Shown piece after piece: positions 38,861 through 47,280 of a stretch of 64,000 nucleotides of DNA. The translations under genes and the position numbers were made by a program. The stretch spans positions 1,575 to 65,574 of the IMG/VR virus record IMGVR_UViG_3300050151_000086; one strand, written 5' to 3'. Under the pieces are notes generated by a model. It was not told the origin of the DNA and did not search any database. It saw only the letters and a list, made by a program, of their open reading frames with translations. Every line of letters begins with the position of its first letter. The first letter of the stretch is position 1. This DNA comes from a virus.

Positions 38861-38917
38861 TAAACCCAGTGTTTATGCGGTTCTCCGGGGTTTTGGTGTC
38901 AGCGCTGACACCACAGA

Positions 38918-39202
38918 TCAGAAAGCCCTCGCCTTAATGACCTCCAGCGCCGCCTTGGCAAGGGCATCACGGATGATGCTGTCGTTGTAGCCACGACTGA
39001 TCACTTTGCCCACGGCCTGATCTGCAGCAGCCTGCACTGACTCCCGGACGCCTCCCTCGGTGATCCGGTTGAACTTCACGCCCAGGACTCGGTCGATCTC
39101 CTTGGTGATGTGCTCAGTCCCCAGGCCCGAGATCACCTTTGCCAGTTGCTGGTCGATGGCACGCCTGAGGTCGTGGTCGTCCAGCTCGATCACGATCTTC
39201 AT
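38918..39202 (-). CDS. Hypothetical protein
   Basis: Start MKIVIELDD at 39202 (ATGA overlap, RBS GGAGG). Confidence 0.7.
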   Translation of the reverse strand: MKIVIELDDHDLRRAIDQQLAKVISGLGTEHITKEIDRVLGVKFNRITEGGVRESVQAAADQAVGKVISRGYNDSIIRDALAKAALEVIKARAF

Positions 39203-39705
39203 GGCTTTGCCTCCAGACTGACCACGACCGGCTGCACCGACAACCTGAACGGCTTGTCGCTGTAGAGGTACTTGCCATTCCACTGGATGAACTGGCCTGC
39301 CGGCGTCCAGAAGAACACGTAGTCGCCGCTAGTGCCGTAGGTGCCCTCGTCGGAGGGTGCAGCAACGTCCTTGGTACAGCCGTACTGGCCGCAGTCGAAC
39401 CTTGCTGATTGCCAAGTCGGTGTGAGGCGCTTCGAGCCGCTGGTGATCTTGCCCTTGACGCCGGTATACATCACGGGTGCGCCCATCTCGTTGAGCAGCA
39501 CCACATAGCCGAGCAGGCCTGGGTTGGCCGTCAGCTCCAGCCGCGCCTTGATGTTGTCGATCTCGGCGTTCTCAGTGAAGTGGATGGAGTTGGCCGCAGC
39601 CTTCGCCTTGTCCGACTGCACTGTCTTTGTCGCCTTCGGGACAGCCTCCTCCTGGCACCCCACCATGAGGATGGCTGCCAGGGTCGAGATGATCAAGCGT
39701 CGCAT
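39199..39705 (-). CDS. Lipoprotein
   Basis: MRRLIISTLAAILMVG-C lipobox; RBS GGAG. Confidence 0.8.
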   Translation of the reverse strand: MRRLIISTLAAILMVGCQEEAVPKATKTVQSDKAKAAANSIHFTENAEIDNIKARLELTANPGLLGYVVLLNEMGAPVMYTGVKGKITSGSKRLTPTWQSARFDCGQYGCTKDVAAPSDEGTYGTSGDYVFFWTPAGQFIQWNGKYLYSDKPFRLSVQPVVVSLEAKP

Positions 39706-40109
39706 TGCGAGGTCTCCAGAGTTTGAGGTACTGCGCTGCCCTTGAAGATCGCCTTGTTGGCTTTCTCCGAATTGGCGTTGAAGCGGGTGGCAAGGTCGCG
39801 GCAAGACTGCTGCATCGCGGCCAGCTCGATACTCAAGCGGGTGCGCTCCTTGGGGTCGGTCTCAGCCTTGGCGATAGCGCGGTGGCCCTTGATCTGACCA
39901 AGGCGTGACTGGTACTGCGCATTCACGTCGTAGAACCACTCGTAGGACGAGATGATGTTGTCCGTCTGGAGGGTCTTGTTCACGACCCGGCCAGGGGCGG
40001 TCAGAGCTGTGCCGACTACCCCGAGCGCGTGACCGGCCAGACCGAGTACGGTGGTCACGGCCAGGATGCCCAGGCCCCACTTCGTGGCGGTGATGAGGTC
40101 GTCTTTCAT
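39693..40109 (-). CDS. Single-pass membrane protein with helical periplasmic domain (LemA-like pattern)
   Basis: N-terminal TM; YEWFYD...RFNANS. Confidence 0.7.
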   Translation of the reverse strand: MKDDLITATKWGLGILAVTTVLGLAGHALGVVGTALTAPGRVVNKTLQTDNIISSYEWFYDVNAQYQSRLGQIKGHRAIAKAETDPKERTRLSIELAAMQQSCRDLATRFNANSEKANKAIFKGSAVPQTLETSQCDA

Positions 40110-40441
40110 GCTACGTCCACCCCCTCGACACCACGCACCATGCGGCGGGCCGTGCGGACCTCTAGGTTGACCAAGGCCTCCTCCATGTGCTGGATGGCCC
40201 GCTTGTTCTCGTCGCAGGCAAACTTGCGGTCGAGCAGGCTGGTACGGTGGATCAAGATCGCCAGCAGGGCTTCGTTGGTCAGGCCGTTGACGCCGTTGGT
40301 CAGCACCGGGCCGTGCTGGAAGTGGATGTACTGGGTCGTTGCGCCGATCAGCACCTGGTACTGGTGGCCCTCGACGTTGACGCCGTGGCTATGGCTGATC
40401 GCGTTGACGGCGACGCCGTTATGGTCTGTGTGGATTCGCAT
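40106..40441 (-). CDS. tad1: Tad1-like anti-defence nucleotide sponge
   Basis: HQY..IHFQHG..G.TNEALLAILIHR..F..DEN..AI.H.EEAL..L..R..RR..RGVEG matches the Tad1 pattern as recalled. Confidence 0.75.
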   Translation of the reverse strand: MRIHTDHNGVAVNAISHSHGVNVEGHQYQVLIGATTQYIHFQHGPVLTNGVNGLTNEALLAILIHRTSLLDRKFACDENKRAIQHMEEALVNLEVRTARRMVRGVEGVDVA

Positions 40442-40450
40442 CTCGTTCTT

Positions 40451-40726
40451 TCAGTGGTTTTTGCGGGGTCTTCCCGCCTTCTTCTCGCGGTGGGAGGCCA
40501 CCCAGTCGCTGATGTCCGAGCGGACCCAGCGTGGGTGGCCTGCCTTGCCATCAGGACCCCTGGGGCGGATCGCCTTGGGGAACCCATCAGCCTTTGCCCA
40601 ATACTCCAAGACCTGGCGGCGGCTGGCCTCAATCAAGGCACCAACGCCGTCAGCGTCAAGGAGTGCATCGGGGCACATGAAGCGGGCCAAGTGGACGGCC
40701 AGCTTCTCGTAGTCAATCTCAGGCAC
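40451..40726 (-). CDS. AlpA/excisionase-like winged HTH protein
   Basis: LLDADGVGALI...DGFPKAIR...PRWVRSDISDW. Confidence 0.8.
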   Translation of the reverse strand: MPEIDYEKLAVHLARFMCPDALLDADGVGALIEASRRQVLEYWAKADGFPKAIRPRGPDGKAGHPRWVRSDISDWVASHREKKAGRPRKNH

Positions 40727-41551
40727 TTAGACGGCCTGGTCGTTCTCGATGAACCAGCGGTACTGGCGCCAGCCAACGAAGTTGGCAGCCCGCGATTCCT
40801 GGCCCATGTTGCGGGCCTGGTGTTCGGTCGGGCTGGCGTGGATCGGAGTGCTGCCCACCAGGAGGTCATGGCGCTCGAACTCCTTGATCAGGCTGGCGTT
40901 GCCGTCGAACGGCTCGTAGCTGACCCGGGCGCAACGGGCCGTGGAGAGCTTCAGGCGGTCCACCAGCAGCAGGCTCTGCTCACTGTCGAGGATGTAGGGG
41001 ATGTGCCACTCACCTGACCGGCGCTCATGGACACAGCCAGCCTTGACGGTGTCTCCCATCGCTTCCAGGATGAGCTGGGCCAGTGTCCAGAACTCCGGCT
41101 GGGCGTCCTCGTGGTTGCGAAGGTGGAAGAAGTTGTCCCACTCCGTGGCCGAGACCAGCACGTCGATGTACTGCCACGGCTCCAGCAGGCGGTTGGCAAC
41201 CTGCTTGTGCAGGCCCAACTTCATCATGGCCCAGGCGAAGCCACACATGACTTTGCCGGCACCACGCCACAGGGCGCCGGCTGCGGCACGCTTCCAGCCC
41301 ACCAGCTCAGCACGCGCCTGCATGCCTGCCTGGTTGACGCCCCAGTGCTCGGGTCCAGCCGGGTCGTTCCAGACCTGGGTCAGCACCTTCTTTACCGGCT
41401 TGGCACGGCTGGAGCCTGCGTTGCGGCTGAAGACGCGGTGCGTCATGAACTCCGAGTGGATCGCACGCCAGTAGCGCAGATGTAGGGTCCACAAGATCAC
41501 ACCTGACTTCGGGCAGGCCGAGGCCAGGATCACTTTCACTTTCGATGTCAC
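40727..41551 (-). CDS. thyX: Flavin-dependent thymidylate synthase
   Basis: IHSEFMTHRVFSRNAGSSRA, HKQVANRLLEP, HASPTEH; GTG start with RBS GGAG. Confidence 0.85.
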   Translation of the reverse strand: MTSKVKVILASACPKSGVILWTLHLRYWRAIHSEFMTHRVFSRNAGSSRAKPVKKVLTQVWNDPAGPEHWGVNQAGMQARAELVGWKRAAAGALWRGAGKVMCGFAWAMMKLGLHKQVANRLLEPWQYIDVLVSATEWDNFFHLRNHEDAQPEFWTLAQLILEAMGDTVKAGCVHERRSGEWHIPYILDSEQSLLLVDRLKLSTARCARVSYEPFDGNASLIKEFERHDLLVGSTPIHASPTEHQARNMGQESRAANFVGWRQYRWFIENDQAV

Positions 41552-41567
41552 GTTCTCATTCTCCGTT

Positions 41568-42083
41568 TTAGTCAAACTCGATCATTGAGACACCGCACTC
41601 CAGGAACAGAGCGCGGCTGCGTTCAAACTCCTCCCTCCAGCGGGGGGCGAATTCGCCGCTGGGCTTCGGCGTGTAGACAGACTTGATCCCAGCCTGAACG
41701 ATCAACTTCGCGCAGGCCATGCACGGAATATGGGTGCAGACCAGAGTGCTGCCTTCAAGCGGGGTGCCAACCCGGGCAGCATTCACAATCGCATTGGCTT
41801 CCGCGTGAGCTGTCCAGTACAGCTTCTCCTCGCGGGTCTTCGAGCGCTGGTCCTCATCAGCCTTCGAGCCACGGGGTGCCCCATTCCAGCCGCTGGAGCG
41901 AACCTCGAAGCTCGGGCCGAGGATCACAGCACCAACCTTGGTGCTGGCGTCCTTGGACATCGCTGCGAAGGCCAGCGCCACCGGCAGGAATCGCCTGTAC
42001 TTCCCGGCCATGCGCTTCCGGTGGAAGTTCTCGACCTGAAGCAACTGTGCGGGGTTCATGTAGACCTGAGCGTTGTCCATCAC
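41568..42083 (-). CDS. dCMP deaminase
   Basis: KVGAVI, GWNGAPRG, HAEANA, PCMAC. Confidence 0.92.
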   Translation of the reverse strand: MMDNAQVYMNPAQLLQVENFHRKRMAGKYRRFLPVALAFAAMSKDASTKVGAVILGPSFEVRSSGWNGAPRGSKADEDQRSKTREEKLYWTAHAEANAIVNAARVGTPLEGSTLVCTHIPCMACAKLIVQAGIKSVYTPKPSGEFAPRWREEFERSRALFLECGVSMIEFD

Positions 42084-42946
42084 TCCTCCGACGCCGGCAT
42101 CTCCGGCAGCTTGCTGAGGATGTCGTCGATGAACGCCTTGGTTGCGGCGTCCATCTTTGCGTAGGCCGGGTCAGCCTGGACAAACTTCACGCAAGAGAAG
42201 AGGTCGGGGCCGGAGGCCTTGACTGCCGCACGCCACGTCGGAGCCACGTGCTTGGCAGTCGCCTTGTCCTTGCCGGCCTTCTTCGCCGTGGTCACGGCCT
42301 CCTGGAGGACTGCAACAGCCTTGGTGCCATGCTTCTTCACGGCGCTGATGGCGACACCGGCCGAGACCTTGCCGGTGCGGACCATGTCGCGGATCGTCTT
42401 CGACGCGCCCTGCAGCAGCAGCAAGTCGTTGACATAGCCAGACGTGACACCGATCTTGGCGCCGATCTTCTTCTCGTCCCAGCCGTAGCCGATCAGGCGC
42501 TTGATGACGGTGCCGACCTCGAACGGGGTCAGCGGGCGCCCCGAGTTCGACGTGATCAAGTCGACGGTCATGTCTTCCATCGACGTGCCACGGGGCTTCG
42601 TGATCACCGGAATCGTCAGGACTTCAACACCCTTCTCACGCAGGCGGCGCACGGCTTCATGGCGGCTGTGGCCGGCAGTCACGGCAATACGGCTGACACC
42701 GTCGACTTCAATGACGTAGCCCGACATGGGCTTATCGCGGTCGTAGCCGTTGCCTTCGATCAACTCCATCAGGCCGATGATGTGGGCCTCGTAGGCTTCA
42801 TCATGCTCACGGACGTTGTAGCCCGGGATGATGTAGAGCTGCTCGAACGGCACCTGCCAGAGGTCAGAGGACTTGACGCCCTTCATTGCCTCCTTGACGT
42901 TGCCAGCGGTGAGTTCGATGAGGTTGGTTTCGACTTTGGTTGCCAT
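42080..42946 (-). CDS. ParB/Srx-domain DNA-binding protein
   Basis: GYNVRE, VTAGHSRHEA, NSGRPLTPFE, HTH IGAKIGVTSGYV. Confidence 0.8.
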   Translation of the reverse strand: MATKVETNLIELTAGNVKEAMKGVKSSDLWQVPFEQLYIIPGYNVREHDEAYEAHIIGLMELIEGNGYDRDKPMSGYVIEVDGVSRIAVTAGHSRHEAVRRLREKGVEVLTIPVITKPRGTSMEDMTVDLITSNSGRPLTPFEVGTVIKRLIGYGWDEKKIGAKIGVTSGYVNDLLLLQGASKTIRDMVRTGKVSAGVAISAVKKHGTKAVAVLQEAVTTAKKAGKDKATAKHVAPTWRAAVKASGPDLFSCVKFVQADPAYAKMDAATKAFIDDILSKLPEMPASEE

Positions 42947-43000
42947 GATGTTTCCTAGTGGTTGGTAATGTCAGAGTGCAGTGATGCTGAGAATTTGGGC

Positions 43001-43243
43001 TCAGCGGCCCCAGGAGCAAGACGGAAGCGAGAACACACGGCTACTGTCCTTGAGGGACTCTTTGGCGATTCGTTCGACGCTCTCCAAGCAGGCCCTGTAG
43101 GCGTTGTCTTTAGTCTGCATGTCCCTGAGGTTCATGACGGTGATCGAGGTGAAGACAGTCACGACCACGGCAAGGATCAACGACATGGCTAATCGGACTG
43201 TGTGGTCTACCGACTCGGTGGTGTTCTTGGATTGGTGCTGCAT
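43001..43243 (-). CDS. Small membrane protein
   Basis: LAMSLILAVVVTVFTSITV TM segment. Confidence 0.6.
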   Translation of the reverse strand: MQHQSKNTTESVDHTVRLAMSLILAVVVTVFTSITVMNLRDMQTKDNAYRACLESVERIAKESLKDSSRVFSLPSCSWGR

Positions 43244-43244
43244 G

Positions 43245-45374
43245 TCAGACCCCCAGTGCGATGACGTTGTCAGAGACTGCTTCGCTGAGTTCGTCATGTG
43301 AGGCCAAGATCGTCTGCTGGAAGCCGACTCCGGCGAGAAAGCCCAACACGCTGGATGTGCGGTCTGTATCGCATCCGTGTGCCGGCTCATCCAGGGTGAT
43401 GAAGCTGGCGTGGGGAATGAATGTCTTGGTCAAGGCGACTCGCACCGCCAGGGCCAGGACATCCATGGTGGAGCCGCTCAGGGACTCCACGGACTTACCA
43501 TTGACCTTGAAGCCGTCCTTGTCCTTGGTGACGACACTCTGCTCGCCGCGCATCTGCGAGAAGAAGACGCCGACAGCGGCAAGGACGGTGCCCCAGAGGT
43601 GGTCAGTGATCGCCGGCTTGATCTTCTTGAGCTTGCCGACCAGCACGTTGTTGAACTCCGTCGTGCGGATATCAGCCTGCAGCTCGGCGATACGGCTGGT
43701 GGCCGACGAGATGCGCAGTGCCACCAACTGGACCAGGGCCTGGTGGGCACTGATAGTGTTCGTATGGGTCGTCTTTTCGTCACGCCAGATGCGCAGCTTG
43801 TTCGAGTTCTCGGCGTAGACCTGGTAAGCCGTATCATGAGCGGCCTTCAGGGGCTCGATGTCGACCACGCTGAGTTGTGCAGCCTGGGCCGACACGGTCT
43901 GGATTTGCTTCTCCAGAGTCAGAGCCTGCTGGACAGCCGCATCGTGCCGGCCCTGGGCCACGTCTGCGGCCCGTTGCAGAGCCTCAGCCTCACGCAGCTT
44001 GGCCGCAGCCTGGGTGCCTGCCACTGCAGCCGGTACAGTAGCGATCCAGGCAGCCTTCGCGGGGTAGAACGACGTATCCATCTTGACCATGTCGCCGAAG
44101 ACGGCCACGCCCCGGTAGTAGGCCTGGGCGGCGGTCTGCACAGCCTCCATGTCCCTGACCGTGCTCGCCAGGCCCTTCTCGTTCTCTATCCAGGCAGCCA
44201 GCGGCGCCTTGAGTGTGGCGATCTCGGCTTGGATGTCGCCGTTGTGGGCGGCAACATGCTCGTCGCTCTGAGATGCGTGGCCGCAAGTGGGGCACTTACC
44301 GTTGGTGATCAGTCGGCCCGTCAGAGTCCTGATCTGGGTCTGCTGATCAGCGATGAGGTCACGCTGGGTGCTCAACGAGACACGGTCTGCCTCAAGGGCT
44401 ACCAGGAACGATCCCTCATCGCCTTCCCAGAACTCGGCCGGGTACTTCAGCCGGCCGAACGACTGGTGCTTCGCCAGGGCTGCGGCGTGGTTGGTCTCGT
44501 CAGCCAACAGGTTGCGTAGGCTCGTCAGGACGGCGTTGCCAGGCGCCTTGACGATGTCAGCGATGGCTGCCTTGCGCTTCTCATCCTCAGCGACCAGGGA
44601 GCGCTGTAGGTTGGTGACCTGGCTGCCAAGCGCAGCGATGTCGGCGTTGTTCTTCTCAGCGGCGCCAACAGCCTGATCGGCTGCAACGATGGCCGGCTGG
44701 AGCACGTCACGCTCCAGGGCTTCGTGGGTCACGATCATGGTAGAGACCATGTCCAGCGCAGCCTGAGCGGTGACGACAGTCCCTTCGTCTGGAACTGTCA
44801 AACGGGCGGAGACCAGGTCGGCCTCGGCCGCAGCCAGCTTCTCCACCATCGGGACGGTGGAGCCAAGGCTCAGCTTCTGGGTGGCCGACTCCATGATCTT
44901 GTCCAGCACGTCGAAGTCGGCCAGCTTCGCCATCAGGCTGGAGACAGCGGCGGGGCCGTCGTCCAGGGCACCACGCAGGCCAGACTGGGACGCCATCATC
45001 AGCAGGCTGGCGATCTTGGCATCGGCACCCAGCAGCTCGGCGGCGTAGGCCGTGACCTCGCCCTGGCCGGTGACGACCACACCGTCGTCGCCACGGCACT
45101 CGGCGCCGGACTTCGAGCGCTTGAACGAGTACATCGTGTCGCGCACCTTGATGACCAGCTTGGACACCAGCGACGACTCCTTCTCGCCCCAGGTCACCGT
45201 CTCGGCAAGCGTGTCACGCAGAGCCTTGGCACCGTACAGGGCGTACAGGACGCCCTCGATCACAGTGCTCTTGCCCTGCTCGTTCGCACCCTTGAGTGTG
45301 TTCAGGCCTGTGGTGAAGTTGATGGTCAACGCCTGGTGGCGTCGGAAGTTTTGCAGTTCGAGTGAGAGGATCAC
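43245..45374 (-). CDS. sbcC: SbcC/Rad50-like SMC ATPase
   Basis: GANEQGKST Walker A, coiled coil with CPTCG zinc hook, LSGS signature, ITLDEP Walker B. Confidence 0.93.
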   Translation of the reverse strand: MILSLELQNFRRHQALTINFTTGLNTLKGANEQGKSTVIEGVLYALYGAKALRDTLAETVTWGEKESSLVSKLVIKVRDTMYSFKRSKSGAECRGDDGVVVTGQGEVTAYAAELLGADAKIASLLMMASQSGLRGALDDGPAAVSSLMAKLADFDVLDKIMESATQKLSLGSTVPMVEKLAAAEADLVSARLTVPDEGTVVTAQAALDMVSTMIVTHEALERDVLQPAIVAADQAVGAAEKNNADIAALGSQVTNLQRSLVAEDEKRKAAIADIVKAPGNAVLTSLRNLLADETNHAAALAKHQSFGRLKYPAEFWEGDEGSFLVALEADRVSLSTQRDLIADQQTQIRTLTGRLITNGKCPTCGHASQSDEHVAAHNGDIQAEIATLKAPLAAWIENEKGLASTVRDMEAVQTAAQAYYRGVAVFGDMVKMDTSFYPAKAAWIATVPAAVAGTQAAAKLREAEALQRAADVAQGRHDAAVQQALTLEKQIQTVSAQAAQLSVVDIEPLKAAHDTAYQVYAENSNKLRIWRDEKTTHTNTISAHQALVQLVALRISSATSRIAELQADIRTTEFNNVLVGKLKKIKPAITDHLWGTVLAAVGVFFSQMRGEQSVVTKDKDGFKVNGKSVESLSGSTMDVLALAVRVALTKTFIPHASFITLDEPAHGCDTDRTSSVLGFLAGVGFQQTILASHDELSEAVSDNVIALGV

Positions 45375-45388
45375 ATGACCTCCTATGG

Positions 45389-45601
45389 TTACTCGTTTGT
45401 CGGCTTGTTCTCGAAGAACGGAATCTCCGGGAAGTTCTTGTTGTTGAACCGCTTGCTGCGGTAATTGAGGTTGGCGATCTGCACACGGGCTGTCGTGTTG
45501 TAGATGCTGGCCTGGGACTGCGCCAGCCTTGCATCGACCACGCCGGACTCCAATTGGTCGGAGAGGGCGTCCATCTTTGCTGTGAGTTGTTGCATGTTCA
45601 T
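45389..45601 (-). CDS. Hypothetical protein, 70 aa
   Basis: ATGA-coupled to upstream gene. Confidence 0.7.
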   Translation of the reverse strand: MNMQQLTAKMDALSDQLESGVVDARLAQSQASIYNTTARVQIANLNYRSKRFNNKNFPEIPFFENKPTNE

Positions 45602-46140
45602 TTAAGTTCCTCGATGAGACGTTTGAGTTTGATTCCTGCGCGTTTGAGAGAGATTAGTTCTTCAGTGATCGCCTCCCTGGGTATGCTTTGGGTTAGGTTA
45701 TTGATGATGTAGCTGTCTGACAGTCCTTTGATAGCTTTGTCACGTGACCTCTGCCTGTACTCAGGGTGAAGATCGTGGTCCCGTCTAGACCGCTCCCGCG
45801 CCTTCTCCGGGTTGGCTTCGCGCCGTAATTTCTGAGCAACCTTCGCCTTCTCTGAGTTGGCCTCGTAGTACGTCTTGGAGTACGCCTTCACCTTCTCCGA
45901 GTTGGCCTCGTAGTACGCCTTCGCCTTCTCCGAGTTGGCCTCGTAGTACGCCTTGGAGTACGCCTTCACTTTCTCCGAGTTGGCTTCCCGCCATGCCTTC
46001 TGACAGGCCTTCTGACAGGCCTTTGCCTTCTCCGGGTTGGCCTCCCGCCATGCCTTATTACAGGCCTTCACTTTCTCCGGGTTGGCTTCGTAGCGCGCCT
46101 TCTGACGAGCTTTAGCTTTCTCTGGGTCTTTGTACGGCAC
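45598..46140 (-). CDS. Basic repeat protein with seven (Y/R)EAN(P/S)EK units
   Basis: Translation and DNA tandem repeats at about 45800-46110. Confidence 0.75.
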   Translation of the reverse strand: MPYKDPEKAKARQKARYEANPEKVKACNKAWREANPEKAKACQKACQKAWREANSEKVKAYSKAYYEANSEKAKAYYEANSEKVKAYSKTYYEANSEKAKVAQKLRREANPEKARERSRRDHDLHPEYRQRSRDKAIKGLSDSYIINNLTQSIPREAITEELISLKRAGIKLKRLIEELK

Positions 46141-46141
46141 C

Positions 46142-47200
46142 TCAGGCCCCGATCAACCCCGTGACGACGACCATCTCCTCGGCATCGAGGTGGCGCGAGA
46201 TGAACTCCATCACGTCGAATGCCTTGGTTGCCTCGAACGTCTCCGGCAGGTCGGCGATCTCGACCATGCCTTCGATCTTCACGGCGTTGGTGACCACAAA
46301 GGCTTCGGACTGAGTCCTGAACTTGGCGATGCTGTTGATCACGTCGCTGGCTTCGTTGGCCGATGCCTGACCGACGATGCGGATGAAGTCGGCGTTGCCA
46401 CCACCAAGGGTCGTCAGCTCGCGCCAGTCGATCTCGGCGTAGCCGGACATGCCATCACGCGACCACGTCTCGATGGGCGTGATGTCGTTGTCGGAGTCGA
46501 TCACGTGGGCGAACTTCTTGTCGTTGCCCAAGCAGTCCACGATGGACGTGGGCCACTGGTTGCCCAGTACGACCACACTGCCGCCCATCGACGCGCGGGC
46601 CTGGTGCTCATGGGCAAAGACCAGGGTGACTCCACGGGTCTTGAAGTCTGCGGCCTGCTGGCGTGTGACGTTCAAGCTGTGGTCGCTCTGGGCTGCGAAG
46701 TTGTTGTCGAAGTTCGCGTGGAGCAGGAGGATGTCACCCTTGACGACGGACCCCAGCAGCTTGCCCAGGTTCAGGTTGAACATGTCCTGGTTGGAGCAGT
46801 GGGCGAGGGCGATGACCTTGGTCTGGCCCAGGGCTGTGTACTCGTCGATGCCGATGACCGTCACCAGGTCTTTGAACTGGCCCTTGAGGACCTCGCACAG
46901 CATCTGGAACGACGAGACGCGCAGGGCCTTGGCGCTGTGGTCATGGTTGCCGGCCACCAGGTACAGCTTGCGACCTTGGCTCAGCCAAGCTGCGAAGATG
47001 GAGTAGGTCTGAACCCAGTCGCGGGGGTCGATCTCGAAGTCATCGAAGAGGTCGCCGTTGATTACCAGCTCACGCTCGTCGGTGGCAGACAGAGTCGACT
47101 GGAGACTGGAGAACAGGAAGTTGCGGAGCTTCTCGCGGCTGCGGGGTGTGGTGCCACCCTTGCGTTGAACACCCACGTGGATGTCGTTCAGGACTAGCAT
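46142..47200 (-). CDS. sbcD: SbcD/Mre11-like metallophosphoesterase nuclease
   Basis: NDIHVG, NGDLFD, AGNHD, LLHAN, AHEH. Confidence 0.9.
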   Translation of the reverse strand: MLVLNDIHVGVQRKGGTTPRSREKLRNFLFSSLQSTLSATDERELVINGDLFDDFEIDPRDWVQTYSIFAAWLSQGRKLYLVAGNHDHSAKALRVSSFQMLCEVLKGQFKDLVTVIGIDEYTALGQTKVIALAHCSNQDMFNLNLGKLLGSVVKGDILLLHANFDNNFAAQSDHSLNVTRQQAADFKTRGVTLVFAHEHQARASMGGSVVVLGNQWPTSIVDCLGNDKKFAHVIDSDNDITPIETWSRDGMSGYAEIDWRELTTLGGGNADFIRIVGQASANEASDVINSIAKFRTQSEAFVVTNAVKIEGMVEIADLPETFEATKAFDVMEFISRHLDAEEMVVVTGLIGA

Positions 47201-47209
47201 GATGATCCT

Positions 47210-47233
47210 TCAGATGAAGAAGAACGACCACAT
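47210..47233 (-). CDS. 7-aa leader ORF MWSFFFI
   Basis: RBS TAAGGA upstream; its TGA begins the sbcD RBS (TGAAGGA). Confidence 0.4.
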   Translation of the reverse strand: MWSFFFI

Positions 47234-47251
47234 GGCCGTTCCTTAGTTGTG

Positions 47252-47280
47252 AATATGTCAAAGACAGAGGAGTCTGTCAA
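47252..47280 (-). promoter_or_regulatory. Sigma70-like promoter TTGACA-N17-CATATT
   Basis: The -35 hexamer contains the ligase TGA stop. Confidence 0.55.

Larger units (their letters stand above)
38684..38913. repeat. Integrase arm-type repeats TGGTG(T/A/C)CA and perfect 20-bp palindrome
   Basis: Copies at 38684, 38696, 38707, 38753; TGGTGTCAGCGCTGACACCA at 38894-38913. Confidence 0.7.

Noticed and set aside
11605-39804. ORF-track start sites at 11605, 14666, 19407, 29005, 38783, 39283 and 39804
   Set aside because: Downstream starts have clear RBSs or coupled overlaps; the extensions overlap neighbouring genes or attP
45598-46140. HNH or GIY-YIG homing endonuclease
   Set aside because: No HNH, GIY-YIG or Cys-pair motifs in this frame
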